This document shows positions 30,501-40,133 of a DNA stretch of 64,000 bases, piece after piece; the stretch's first letter is position 1; each line of letters opens with the position of its first letter. The notes under the pieces were generated by a model. That model made no database searches, was not told where the DNA came from, and worked only from the letters and a program-made list of their open reading frames with translations. The position numbers and the translations under genes are program-made. Source of the DNA: an uncultured Pseudomonadales bacterium (lineage in GTDB: Bacteria; Patescibacteriota; Microgenomatia; UBA1400; PJMF01); contig CAZEEV010000001.1 of assembly GCA_964511345.1 (NCBI GenBank), positions 220,342 to 284,341 of the forward strand. The letters run 5' to 3'.

Positions 30501-30994
30501 ATCCTGAATTCAGCCAAGATCAGGTGTTTCTTTTTGGCGGATTGCTAAGTCGCTTCAAAGAAATTACTACCAAAAAAGGTCAGAAAATGGCCTTCGCCAC
30601 GCTCGAAGATCAAACTGGTAAAGCCGAGTTGATTATTTTTCCTCGTACTTATAATGAGCTTGGTTTTCAACTTGAGCAAGATCAAGTGGTTTTAGTGAGA
30701 GGCAAAGTCCAGCACGAGGAAGAAGAGTTTAAGATCATCGCTGAAAAAATTATTATTCCCAAAGATGAAGAAGTCGAATTTGCTAAAGATCAAGATTATA
30801 GAGAAATCTTCGTCCCTCGCAAAACCTCACCAGAGACTTTGAAAAAATTAGGCACTCTGCTCAAAGCTAATTTGGGTCAAGAAAAAGTAGTCATCGTCAT
30901 TCCTAATGGTGCCAAAGCAGAAAGAATCGTCTTACCGTATAAAGTGAATTATAATGAAGAACTAATCAAGGAAATCGAAAAAATCTTAAATTAA
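27536..30994 (+). CDS. dnaE: DNA polymerase III subunit alpha
   Basis: HLHVHTEYS PHP domain, GPGRGSAAGS, PDIDMDF, YGFNKAH. Confidence 0.99.
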   Translation: MSKQNFVHLHVHTEYSMLDGLSKIPDLVKKVKDLKQTAVAITDHGNMYGNIAFYNECKKEGIKAIIGVEAYIAKNSRFDKQIRVGSDQFHLTLLAENYVGYKNLMKMVTIANFEGFSYKPRIDDEILEKYSEGVILLSGCMSSQTSRLLLDDKDEKALEIFKKYKKIFKDRFYIEVQNSPHIEESKTLRDKLVQVARQLNLPLVATNDSHYLEKEDAEAQDALLCVQTRKLISDAKRMKMVDKPDFYFKSTEEMSELFSDLPEAIENTVKIAERCNLEIPTGHLIFPSYELPKGETYDTYLRKLSFEGAKKKYGKITPEIEKRLEYEIGIINGKGYPAYFLITQDFVNWAKNQGIAVGPGRGSAAGSVVSYALNITTLNPLEHGLPFERFLNPERPTPPDIDMDFADIKRDEVINYVAKKYGEDHVAAVITFGRMEARVAVRDIGRVLGLPYEDPDRIAKLIPNEPGKKVSIKSAIENIPELASLYKQDKFKRLLDLASKVEGTIRHSSMHACAIIIADKSLDNYTPIQKDSRSGKTLTQLDMYSLDCNIDDNAVGLLKFDFLGLRNLSIIQEALKLIKIYKNKDIAIDRLPLDDKKTFDLLASGDTTGVFQLESAGMRRVAKSLKPSAFSDITAMVALYRPGPMDLIPRFIEGKHNSASIEYPHESLEPFLKETYGIMVYQEQILEIVHFMAGYSLGEADMLRRAIGKKKKKILDKNKNRFIEESVKNNYKKETAEKIWGFIEAFANYGFNKAHAACYAMIAYETAWLKANYPVEYMTALMSVESNSHGMNRDEKIAIAIEDCRKMGIKILAPDINLSAQDFTIETNKDSKENMAIRFGLTAIKHVGKAAIENIIEVRKAEKNFASFTHFIQATDSRKVNKKTLECLIKVGAMDRFATRASMLENLDQIRQNAGQFQSEIDGQDHLFASVSEKSTEIKDSFIKLKEYPEAELLSFEKELLGLYLTDHPLADALSLVSKRSNMKIAELDPEFSQDQVFLFGGLLSRFKEITTKKGQKMAFATLEDQTGKAELIIFPRTYNELGFQLEQDQVVLVRGKVQHEEEEFKIIAEKIIIPKDEEVEFAKDQDYREIFVPRKTSPETLKKLGTLLKANLGQEKVVIVIPNGAKAERIVLPYKVNYNEELIKEIEKILN

Positions 30995-31002
30995 AAAAGA
31001 TT

Positions 31003-31854
31003 ATGCCTGCCAATTATCAAGCAATTAATAGAATAGCCTGGCAAATTCGTCGCGAATTATTGCAGATGATCTACGAGGCGCAAAGTGGTCATCCTGCTGG
31101 TTCACTGGGAATGGCAGATGTTTTTGCTGCGCTTTTTTTTGGTGGTATCCTGCGTCACGATAGTAAGCGCCCAAATTGGGACAAGCGCGATTATTTTTTT
31201 CTGAGCAACGGGCACATCTCTCCAGTTTTTTATGCTACTTTAGCGAAAGATGGTTATTTTCCGCTTGAGGAATTAAAAACTTTCCGCCAAATTAATTCAC
31301 ATTTGCAAGGACATCCACATTTTACTTTTGATTTAAAAAAATCTTTACCAGGAGTAGAAAATAGCTCTGGGCCACTTGGCCAAGGTTTATCTCAAGCTGC
31401 TGGCATGGCTATGGCTTTAAAAATGGATCAAAAGAAAAACAGAGTATTTTGTATGATGAGCGATGGAGAGCAACAAGAGGGACAAATTTGGGAAGCCTAT
31501 CAATTCATTATTCATCATCATCTAAATAATCTCATCGGCATTATTGATTACAATAAAATTCAAATTTCTGGCACCACGGAGCAAATTCTTTCACTTGGTA
31601 ATTTAAAACTCAAACTGATGAGTTTTGGTTTTAAAGTTTTGGAAATGGATGCTCACGATTTTACAGATATCTTTGCAAAATTTGTTTTAGCAAAAAATGA
31701 AACCAAACAGCCAGTTATTATCATCGCCAATAGTATCCCTGGAAAAGGTGTCTCTTTTATGGAGAACAGTCACGATTGGCATGGTAAAGCTCCGACAGAA
31801 AGTGAATACAACCAAGCTATGAAAGAAATGAGTATTAAGGAAAAATCATTGTGA
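31003..31854 (+). CDS. Transketolase N-terminal subunit
   Basis: SGHPAGSLG, LSNGH, LQGHP, SDGEQQEG, WHGKAP. Confidence 0.93.
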   Translation: MPANYQAINRIAWQIRRELLQMIYEAQSGHPAGSLGMADVFAALFFGGILRHDSKRPNWDKRDYFFLSNGHISPVFYATLAKDGYFPLEELKTFRQINSHLQGHPHFTFDLKKSLPGVENSSGPLGQGLSQAAGMAMALKMDQKKNRVFCMMSDGEQQEGQIWEAYQFIIHHHLNNLIGIIDYNKIQISGTTEQILSLGNLKLKLMSFGFKVLEMDAHDFTDIFAKFVLAKNETKQPVIIIANSIPGKGVSFMENSHDWHGKAPTESEYNQAMKEMSIKEKSL

Positions 31855-32828
31855 GTTCAACAATACTAAAAGCTACTAGAGATGGATTTGGCGAAGCAAT
31901 GTTAAAGCTTGGTCAAGAAAATGAGCAAGTGGTCGTTTTATGCGCCGATCTTCGCGAGTCTTTGCGTCTAGATAAATTTGCTAAAAATTTTCCAAATCGT
32001 TATGTGGAATGCGGAGTCGCTGAACAAAATATGATGGGCGTTGGCGCGGGTTTAGCTTTGGCTGGCAAAATTCCTTTTATTACTAGCTTTGCCACTTTTA
32101 ATCCTGAACGCAACCTAGATCAACTAAGAGTAGCAGTTTACAGTGACTTGAATATCAAAGTTATTGGTGGACACGCTGGATTGAGCACTGGCGAAGATGG
32201 AGCTACTCATCAAGCTTTAGAAGATTTAAGTATTGTTTGCGCTTTGCCTAAAATGACAGTTGTTGTTCCAGCTGACAGTGAACAAAGTCAAATTCTCACA
32301 GAACAAATTGCCGCCTATAACGGACCGTGTTATTTACGACTTGGCAGAAAAAAATTAGCAACAATTAGTGATTTTGTTGAAGCACCTGAAACAAAAATCG
32401 GTAAAGCTCAAGTCCTCACAGAGGGCACTGATTTAAGTATTTTTGCTTGTGGTTTGATGGTCCAAGAAAGTCTCAAGGCTGCTTTTGAAGTAAAAAAATT
32501 AGGCATTAAAGCAGAGGTAATTAATTTGCACACTCTCAAACCTTTGGATAAAGAAAGTATTATCAAAAGTGCGAATAAAACTGGTGCAGTTATCGTCGCT
32601 TGTGAACACGAAATAAATTCAGGCTTTAATAGCTTGGTGATTCAAGCTATTGCCAAAGCTACTGGTTCTGAAATTGAGAAACCGATTGCTATCGAAAGTA
32701 TTGGTACAGAAGACTTTGGCGAGTCAGGCAAAGATGGCGACTTACTGAGAAAATATGGATTAGATTATTTAGGAATTATTAAAAAAATAAAATTAGTTTT
32801 AGAAAAAAAGAAAAAATTGAATTCATGA
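31851..32828 (+). CDS. Transketolase C-terminal subunit
   Basis: GVAEQNM, GEDGATHQALED, YLRLGR, TLKPLD. Confidence 0.93.
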   Translation: MSSTILKATRDGFGEAMLKLGQENEQVVVLCADLRESLRLDKFAKNFPNRYVECGVAEQNMMGVGAGLALAGKIPFITSFATFNPERNLDQLRVAVYSDLNIKVIGGHAGLSTGEDGATHQALEDLSIVCALPKMTVVVPADSEQSQILTEQIAAYNGPCYLRLGRKKLATISDFVEAPETKIGKAQVLTEGTDLSIFACGLMVQESLKAAFEVKKLGIKAEVINLHTLKPLDKESIIKSANKTGAVIVACEHEINSGFNSLVIQAIAKATGSEIEKPIAIESIGTEDFGESGKDGDLLRKYGLDYLGIIKKIKLVLEKKKKLNS

Positions 32829-33925
32829 AAAAAATTGTTTTGACCGTCTTTTTTATTTTATTTTCACTCCAAGCATCTGTCATAAAAGCGAATGCTCAAA
32901 CTCAAAACGAACAAAAAAATTACAAAGCTACCGTCACACAAATTCTAGAAAAGAAAACTTCTGGAAATCTAAGCGCGGGAGAAATGTTTCAAAAATTAGA
33001 ACTAATTATTAATGGCAAGGGTGATTTATATCAACAAAAAATTACTGCTGAAAATATTGATCCGCGTATTGAATATAAAATTGGTGATAAATTAATGATT
33101 TATCAGGCTGACGCCAACACTTTTTTAATTGCCGACCAAGTCAGAACCAACGCTTTATTAGTTTTGTTTATCATTTTTATTGTTTTGGTTGTGGCTGTTT
33201 CCAAATGGCAAGGCCTCGGTTCTCTGCTGGGAATGGCTATTTCTTTCCTAGTTATTATTTATTTTATTTTGCCAAAAATTGCTGGTGGAGCTAATCCTAT
33301 TTTAATTGCCGTTCTCGGATCCTTAATGATTATTCCTGCCACATTTTATCCTTCGCACGGTTTAAATCATAAAACCACCATCGCAGTTTTCAGCACTTTA
33401 ATCGCTCTTATCATGACTGGCTTTTTGGCCAGTTTCTTTATTGGTTTTGCCAAATTAACTGGCTTATCTTCCGAAGAAGCAGGTTTTCTACAAACCATCA
33501 ATCCAGAACTTTTTAATATGAAAGGATTACTTTTAGCCGGAGTAATTGTTGGTATTTTAGGAGTCTTGGATGACGTTACAGTTTCACAAGTTTCCATTGT
33601 TCAACAATTAAAACTTGCTAATCCTAATTTAAAAATTGGGGAGTTATATAAAAGCTCCATGGAAGTAGGACATGACCACATTTCTTCCATGGTCAATACT
33701 TTAGTGTTAGTTTATGCAGGAGCTTCTTTACCATTATTGTTGTTATTTAACGATGCAGCCAAACCATTTAGCGAACTTGTTAATTACGAAATTATTGCTG
33801 ATGAGATAGTTCGTACTTTAGTTGGAAGTATAGGTCTAATTTTAGCAGTACCAATTAGCACTCTTTTGGCAATTATTTTTGTTGACAAACTGGGCAATAA
33901 AATGTCCCACGACCACCTTGTTTAA
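32825..33925 (+). CDS. YibE/F family membrane protein
   Basis: GVLDDVTVSQ, DHISSMVNTLVLVYAGASLPL, EIVRTLVGSIGL. Confidence 0.9.
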   Translation: MKKIVLTVFFILFSLQASVIKANAQTQNEQKNYKATVTQILEKKTSGNLSAGEMFQKLELIINGKGDLYQQKITAENIDPRIEYKIGDKLMIYQADANTFLIADQVRTNALLVLFIIFIVLVVAVSKWQGLGSLLGMAISFLVIIYFILPKIAGGANPILIAVLGSLMIIPATFYPSHGLNHKTTIAVFSTLIALIMTGFLASFFIGFAKLTGLSSEEAGFLQTINPELFNMKGLLLAGVIVGILGVLDDVTVSQVSIVQQLKLANPNLKIGELYKSSMEVGHDHISSMVNTLVLVYAGASLPLLLLFNDAAKPFSELVNYEIIADEIVRTLVGSIGLILAVPISTLLAIIFVDKLGNKMSHDHLV

Positions 33926-34736
33926 TTTTCTCTATTTTTGCTCCGCAATTTGAACAAGCTTCACCAGCCCTACCATAAACCTTAAGTTCATTTTGAAAAC
34001 CACCAGCAAAACCATCAACTCCTACATACTTACCATCAAAAGTCGTGCCACCTAATTCCGTGGAGCGTTCGATAATTGCTTGCATGGCTTTAAGCAATTC
34101 AGTCATTTCTTTTTTACTTATTTCTTTAGCTGGCTTGGTCGGATTAATGCCAACCGCAAAAAGCGATTCACTGGCATAAATATTGCCTACACCACAAATG
34201 ACTTTGTTATCCATGATAAATTGTTTAATCGGCACTTGGCGTTTTTTGGCGGCATTAAGTAAATAATCGACGGTCAAGTTTGGATCATTGATGTCTGGAC
34301 CATAATTTACAAACTCCCTGTCAATGTCTTGTTTAAGAGGCGAGCGGATCCAACCAAAAACTCGCATATCGTTAAAAAAGAGTTTTGAGGTATCGGTAAA
34401 ACTAAAAATGACCCTGGTATGTTTAGCTGGCAAATCATTAACCCAATCGGCATTTGGATGACCGCCACCAGCCCTTTTGCCATCAACATCAACAAAAATT
34501 AATTGGCCAGTCATTTTTAAATGAATGAGTAAATCACGTTGACCACTTAAAACAATTTGTAAAATCTTCGCGCGACGTTTCACTTCTACAACAGTCTGAT
34601 CTAAAATTTCTTGACTCAAAGTAGGGAAGGCGAGAAAACTTTTCTCCCGCAGAACTTCGATTTGTTGAATTTGACGATTAGCTAAAATACTAGTTAATTT
34701 GCGACGAATTGATTCTACTTCTGGAAGTTCGGGCAT
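33873..34736 (-). CDS. mutM: Formamidopyrimidine-DNA glycosylase
   Basis: PELPEVE, HLKMTG, GVGNIYASE, C-terminal zinc finger. Confidence 0.97.
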   Translation of the reverse strand: MPELPEVESIRRKLTSILANRQIQQIEVLREKSFLAFPTLSQEILDQTVVEVKRRAKILQIVLSGQRDLLIHLKMTGQLIFVDVDGKRAGGGHPNADWVNDLPAKHTRVIFSFTDTSKLFFNDMRVFGWIRSPLKQDIDREFVNYGPDINDPNLTVDYLLNAAKKRQVPIKQFIMDNKVICGVGNIYASESLFAVGINPTKPAKEISKKEMTELLKAMQAIIERSTELGGTTFDGKYVGVDGFAGGFQNELKVYGRAGEACSNCGAKIEKIKQGGRGTFYCPVCQQK

Positions 34737-34739
34737 ATT

Positions 34740-35327
34740 CTATTTTTGGTCAGAACCATCGATGGAACTACGAGAATATTTTAATTCCAATAGTTTTTCT
34801 AAAAGTGGAAAAGTTGTGTAAGGTTTTTTAAAAGTATCTGAGCCCATGTGTCCTTCGCCTTCACGTAAAATCAGGGTGCCACCTAAATGATGAAAAAGAT
34901 CTAAACCTTCTTTGTCATCGCAACCCCATGGATCGTCAGTTGAGTTAATAAAAATAATATCTTTAACGTTTTGTTTAATTTTTGCCCAATCGTAAGAATC
35001 CTGTAAAATCAATGGATTGTCACCTTCATTTTTCAATTTGTCATAACCAGCCACAATCACCGCTTTGTGAATTTGTACGTTAATGTTTTGCAAAATACTT
35101 AAAACAAAAGGTCCGCCAGCAGAGTGACCAATTAGAATAGTTTCTTGTGAAAATTTTCCTTGCTCCAGAACCAATGGCAACCATTTTTTCAAATCTGGTT
35201 TATCGGAATTTGGTAAAGCTGGAACCCAAACTTCATAACCATTTTTTTCTAAAAACTTTTTAATACTTGGTAACCAGTAAGAATTTGGTGTACAAGAAGT
35301 TCCGTGGAGAATAATGGCATTTTTCAT
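34740..35327 (-). CDS. RBBP9/YdeN-type alpha/beta hydrolase
   Basis: IILHG, GHSAG, STDDPW, GH; ATG 35327. Confidence 0.85.
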   Translation of the reverse strand: MKNAIILHGTSCTPNSYWLPSIKKFLEKNGYEVWVPALPNSDKPDLKKWLPLVLEQGKFSQETILIGHSAGGPFVLSILQNINVQIHKAVIVAGYDKLKNEGDNPLILQDSYDWAKIKQNVKDIIFINSTDDPWGCDDKEGLDLFHHLGGTLILREGEGHMGSDTFKKPYTTFPLLEKLLELKYSRSSIDGSDQK

Positions 35328-35331
35328 AAAT

Positions 35332-38301
35332 TTAATCCCTATGTTCCTTTGCTCCAATCAAACCACATTTTTTATATTTAAGACCTGAACCACATGGGCA
35401 AAGATCGTTGCGACCAACCTTAGCATATTTATCAGTTGGCTGGTTTGCACCGCCACTATTAGAGCCACCGTTAGTACTACCACCCATTTTGCCCAGTGCA
35501 GCAGCCAAATCATTGGCATTGCCTTTTTGACCACCGTTGCCACCAGAACTAGCTCTTTCTTGTCTTTGCTCTACCTGCACTGCTTGTCCTAAGTTTGGAG
35601 TCGCTTCAGAAGGGGCTTGAAGATTAATTCTCTCTGGCATAGTGGAGCGATTCATTAAAGGCTGAACACGGAAAATGCGAGCCGCGATAGTACTTTCAAC
35701 GTTAGTAATTAAACTTTCAAACATCATGAAAGCTTCTTTTTTGTATTCAGCTAGAACAGTATTTTTATCACCGCGCAACCAAATACCTTCACGCAAATCT
35801 TCTACGCCATCCAAATGATCCATCCATTTTTCATCGATGGTGGAGAGCACTACATATTTTTCCAATTCATGCATAATGTCTTCACCAAGAGTTTTTTCTC
35901 TGGACTCATAAGTTTTAGTAACGATTTCTAGTAACTCGCTAGCTATTTCATCGGTGCTAGTTAATTTACTAATTTTTTTAGTTAAACGACTTTGTGAAGC
36001 TTCATCAAAAGGAATTAGGCGCACAAATTCTTTGGTGATCGCCTCAAATTCATCCTCGGTAAAATTTTCAGGCGCACGCAAGGAAACCAAGCCAGTAATT
36101 TCATTACTTAAATAATCCATGATTTGATTTTTAAGAGTATCTTCTTTGCCTTCTTCAAAAACACTAGCCTCTAATAAACGACGACGACGTTTGTAAATAA
36201 TTTCACGATGCTTATTCATCACATCGTCAAATTCCACCAAACGTTTACGTTGATCAAAAAAGAAAGTTTCGACTTTGACCTGGGCTGATTCGATAGCTTT
36301 ACTGACCATTGGATTTTCAATCGCCTGATCTTCGTCTATCTTGAGGAAATCCATGACTTTGGCGATTTGCTCACCACCAAAAATACGCATGATTTCATCA
36401 TCTAAGCCCACAAAAAATTGTGAGGTACCTGGATCACCCTGACGACCAGAACGACCACGCAACTGATTATCGATACGACGAGATTCATGACGTTCAGTAG
36501 CCACAATTGCCAAACCACCTACTGACACAACGTCGTCGTGATCTGTCTGCCATTTGTCCAAAGCAGTGGCGTAAGCATCTAAATCATAATTAGCTGGATT
36601 AATGGAAGTTGGCAAACCAAGCTTCTCATATTTTTTAGCTAAAGCAATTTTTTTCTTAGAACGCTCTTTCTTTAAGAAATCTTTTAATTCAGGTTTAGCA
36701 CCACCAAGCACAATATCCACACCACGACCAGCGATGTTGGTAGCAACAGTAATCGCTCCACGACGACCAGCATCAGCGATAATAAAAGCTTCTTTTTCGT
36801 GGTTCTTAGCATTTAAAACTTGATGAGGAATATTTTTTCTCTTTAGAAAGTTAGCCACAATTTGGTTGTGTTCGATAGAGCGCGTACCAATTAAAACAGG
36901 ACGCCCATCAGCATGGATTTCTTCGACAGCTTTGACAATGGCTGAATATTTAGCAGCGGTATTTTTATAAACCTGATCTGGTAAATCTTGACGCACCACT
37001 GGCTGATTAGTAGGAATAGCTAAAACATCGACATGATAAATTTGATTAAATTCTTCTGCCTCAGTTAGAGCCGTACCAGTCATGCCAGAAAGTTTCTCGT
37101 ACATGCGGAAATAGTTCTGCAGTGAAACAGTCGCCAAAGTACGTGATTCTTGTTGAATTGGTACACCTTCTTTGGCTTCAATAGCCTGATGCAAACCATC
37201 ACTGTAGCGACGACCAAACATCAAACGACCAGTGTGCTCATCAACGATCACTACCTGATTATCTTTAACGATGTATTCTTTATCACGTAAATAAAGTGTG
37301 CTGGCTTTGAGAGCAGATTCGACATGATGAATGGTATCAAAACTTTCTTCGTAAAGGTTTTTGACTCCCAATTTGGCTTCGATACGTTTCACACCGAGAT
37401 CGGTTAGAGTAGCGGTCTTGGATTTTTCATCGAGTTTAAAATCTTGATCAATAACCAAAGAACGCACCATTTTGGCATATTCAAAATATTTATCTGTCGG
37501 CTCACTATCTGGTGCAGAAATAATTAAAGGCGTACGCGCTTCATCAATTAAAATAGAATCAGCTTCATCCACAATGGCAAAATAATGCGGTGTATCCTGA
37601 CGTTGGACCATTTGATCCAAGCTCTGCACCATGTTATCGCGCAAATAATCGAAGCCAAACTCATTATTGGTGCCATAAGTAATATCGGCTAGATAAGCAT
37701 CTTGACGCTGTATTTCTTCGAAATGCTCTAAACGCTCGTCGCCTCGCTCCTCGCTATCAACATCAGGGTTATAAAGCCTCGCATGATCATGCACGATTAC
37801 AGCGGCTTTAAGACCCAAAAAATGATATAAAGGCCCCATCCAACCCAAACCAATTTCACTCAAATAATCATTGACGGTAATCAGTTGCACACCTTTGCCA
37901 AGCAAAGCATTGAGGTAGAGTGGACAAGTCACAGTCAGAGTTTTACCTTCACCAGTTTTTTGTTCAGTAATATTACTGTTGTGTAAAGCAACGCCAGCTA
38001 AAAGTTGAACATCAAAATGGCGCATCCCTAAAATACGATGCGAGGCTTCACGCACGGTGGCATAAGCTTCAGGTAAAATTTCATTTAAAATTTCTTGCTC
38101 TTTGGCTCTTAAATCAGCTTGGTTAACTCCTTCAAGTGCGGCACTAATTTGTGCTTTAAATTTTTCGGTTTGTGCAGCTAATTCGTCATCACTAAGAGCC
38201 TGCATTTGTGGCTCAAAGGCATTAATTTGGTCAACAACCAGTTGATATTTTTTGATTTTTTTGGCTTCTTCGTCAAAAAGATTTTTAAAAAATTTGAACA
38301 T
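35332..38301 (-). CDS. secA: Preprotein translocase subunit SecA
   Basis: KTGEGKT, VDEADSILIDEARTPLIIS, GRSGRQGDPG, GRNDLCPCGSG. Confidence 0.99.
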   Translation of the reverse strand: MFKFFKNLFDEEAKKIKKYQLVVDQINAFEPQMQALSDDELAAQTEKFKAQISAALEGVNQADLRAKEQEILNEILPEAYATVREASHRILGMRHFDVQLLAGVALHNSNITEQKTGEGKTLTVTCPLYLNALLGKGVQLITVNDYLSEIGLGWMGPLYHFLGLKAAVIVHDHARLYNPDVDSEERGDERLEHFEEIQRQDAYLADITYGTNNEFGFDYLRDNMVQSLDQMVQRQDTPHYFAIVDEADSILIDEARTPLIISAPDSEPTDKYFEYAKMVRSLVIDQDFKLDEKSKTATLTDLGVKRIEAKLGVKNLYEESFDTIHHVESALKASTLYLRDKEYIVKDNQVVIVDEHTGRLMFGRRYSDGLHQAIEAKEGVPIQQESRTLATVSLQNYFRMYEKLSGMTGTALTEAEEFNQIYHVDVLAIPTNQPVVRQDLPDQVYKNTAAKYSAIVKAVEEIHADGRPVLIGTRSIEHNQIVANFLKRKNIPHQVLNAKNHEKEAFIIADAGRRGAITVATNIAGRGVDIVLGGAKPELKDFLKKERSKKKIALAKKYEKLGLPTSINPANYDLDAYATALDKWQTDHDDVVSVGGLAIVATERHESRRIDNQLRGRSGRQGDPGTSQFFVGLDDEIMRIFGGEQIAKVMDFLKIDEDQAIENPMVSKAIESAQVKVETFFFDQRKRLVEFDDVMNKHREIIYKRRRRLLEASVFEEGKEDTLKNQIMDYLSNEITGLVSLRAPENFTEDEFEAITKEFVRLIPFDEASQSRLTKKISKLTSTDEIASELLEIVTKTYESREKTLGEDIMHELEKYVVLSTIDEKWMDHLDGVEDLREGIWLRGDKNTVLAEYKKEAFMMFESLITNVESTIAARIFRVQPLMNRSTMPERINLQAPSEATPNLGQAVQVEQRQERASSGGNGGQKGNANDLAAALGKMGGSTNGGSNSGGANQPTDKYAKVGRNDLCPCGSGLKYKKCGLIGAKEHRD

Positions 38302-38327
38302 AAGATCCTACTTATACCATTTATTGA

Positions 38328-39584
38328 CTAGATCATAAATGGGCGCAAAACCTCTGGAATTTCCACTGTTCCATCAGCTTGCTGATAATTTTCGATGATT
38401 GCAGCCAACAAACGTGGGGAAGCAGCCACAGTGTTATTAAGAGTGTAAACAAATTTAGTGCTACCATCTTTAGCTTGATAGCGAATGTTTAAACGACGAG
38501 CCTGAAAATCATTGAAATAACTAGCAGAGTGAGTTTCACGATATTTGCCTTGTCCTGGGAACCAAGTTTCAAGATCATATTTCTTACGCTGTCCTGCACC
38601 CATATCACCAGTGCACATTAGTAAAACTTGATAAGGTAAATTCAAACCACGCAATAATTCTTCTGAAAAACCAACCATTTTTTGATGCCAGTCTCGAGTG
38701 ATTTCTTCGTCAGCCACGGTCAAAACTACCTGTTCGACTTTATTAAATTGATGAACACGAATAATCCCTTTAGTATCTTTGCCATAAGAACCAACCTCGC
38801 GACGGAAACAAGGAGAAATACCACAAATCTTGATGGGAAGGTCTTTTTCGCGAAGCAGCTCACCGCCATAATAGGAAGTTAAAGCTACTTCAGCAGTGCC
38901 AGCCAAAATTTGACCATCCTGAGTGTAATAGTGGTCCTCAGCTCCCCAAGGAAAATAGCCCGTACCAAACATGGCTTCTTTATTAACTAAAATTGGCGCC
39001 GACATGGCGGTAAAACCATGTTTTTTCATGATGGAAAGTGCATAAAGCATTAAAGCTTGTTCTAAAAAGAGTGCGCCATTTTTCAAAAAATAGCCCCTAA
39101 ATCCAGCGATCTTGGTAGCACGCTCCGTGTCTAGCCAGTCTAAATTTTTCATGATTTCTTCATGAGTTTTTGGTTGAAAATCAAATTCACGTTTTTGGCC
39201 TTCTTGTCTAACTACTTGGTTAGAACTTTCATCTTTACCAACTGGCACATCGGCAGCTGGAACGTTGGGAATTTGGCTTGAAAGATTAAAAAATTTCTCG
39301 TTGATTTCTTTTTCTTGAGGTTCTAAATCTTTCAACTTGGTTTTAATGGTTTTACCATTTTCAACTAATGCAACATCTGGGCGATTGCCTTCTGCTACCA
39401 TTTTTTTAATTTCATCGGCATTAGTATTTGCTTCTGCACGTAAAACATCCATTTCCTTTTGTAAACTGCGCCTCTCTTCATCAACTTTCAATAGCTGATC
39501 AACGATAGAGGAATCCAAATTTTTGTTGATACAAGCTTCTTTGACCTGCTCTTTATTTTGGCGGATGAAATTGATGTCTAGCAT
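38328..39584 (-). CDS. serS: Serine--tRNA ligase
   Basis: GTAEV, CFRREVGSYGKD, RVHQFNKVE, DFQARRL. Confidence 0.98.
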   Translation of the reverse strand: MLDINFIRQNKEQVKEACINKNLDSSIVDQLLKVDEERRSLQKEMDVLRAEANTNADEIKKMVAEGNRPDVALVENGKTIKTKLKDLEPQEKEINEKFFNLSSQIPNVPAADVPVGKDESSNQVVRQEGQKREFDFQPKTHEEIMKNLDWLDTERATKIAGFRGYFLKNGALFLEQALMLYALSIMKKHGFTAMSAPILVNKEAMFGTGYFPWGAEDHYYTQDGQILAGTAEVALTSYYGGELLREKDLPIKICGISPCFRREVGSYGKDTKGIIRVHQFNKVEQVVLTVADEEITRDWHQKMVGFSEELLRGLNLPYQVLLMCTGDMGAGQRKKYDLETWFPGQGKYRETHSASYFNDFQARRLNIRYQAKDGSTKFVYTLNNTVAASPRLLAAIIENYQQADGTVEIPEVLRPFMI

Positions 39585-39599
39585 AATTAATTCCTTATT

Positions 39600-40133
39600 C
39601 TACACTTTTGCAAATACATTAATTAAAAATTGAATATGTTCTTCTGGATTTTTTTCAATTAGCTCAAAACCCAAAGCAATATCTTCGCGACTCACATTAG
39701 CTGCAAAAGATTTGTCTTTGATTTTTTTCTTGACCGATTTGACTTGCATATCAGCAAAACCATTTGGTCGCATCAGTGAAACAGCATGCATTAGACCACT
39801 TAATTCATCACAGGCGAAAAGATATTTGTCTAACAAACTCTCAGCTTGAACATTGGTGCGACTTGGAGCATGAGCCAAAATTGCCTGTTTCATTTCCTCT
39901 GGATAATCTCCAAAAAATTCTGCTACGGCTTTCATCGGATGCTCGTCGGGAAATTGTTCCCAATCCAGATCGTGAAGCAACCCCGTAGCGTACCAAAGTT
40001 CCACATCTTGATTTAAAGCCTTGGCGTAAACCTCCATTGCTTGAGCCACCATATAGCAATGATGGAGTAGAGCTTCATTTTTAATATATGTTTTTAGCAA
40101 TGTTTCACTAGATTTTCTGTCTGGAAAACTCAT
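39600..40133 (-). CDS. HD-domain (HDIG-type) hydrolase
   Basis: H...GLLHDLDWE...HP, LFACDELSG, SFAANVSR. Confidence 0.88.
   Translation of the reverse strand: MSFPDRKSSETLLKTYIKNEALLHHCYMVAQAMEVYAKALNQDVELWYATGLLHDLDWEQFPDEHPMKAVAEFFGDYPEEMKQAILAHAPSRTNVQAESLLDKYLFACDELSGLMHAVSLMRPNGFADMQVKSVKKKIKDKSFAANVSREDIALGFELIEKNPEEHIQFLINVFAKV

Noticed and set aside
33873-33925. 53-bp convergent overlap of YibE/F and mutM (also 17 bp for truB/lepB)
   Set aside because: Ordinary stop-codon drift in a compact genome.
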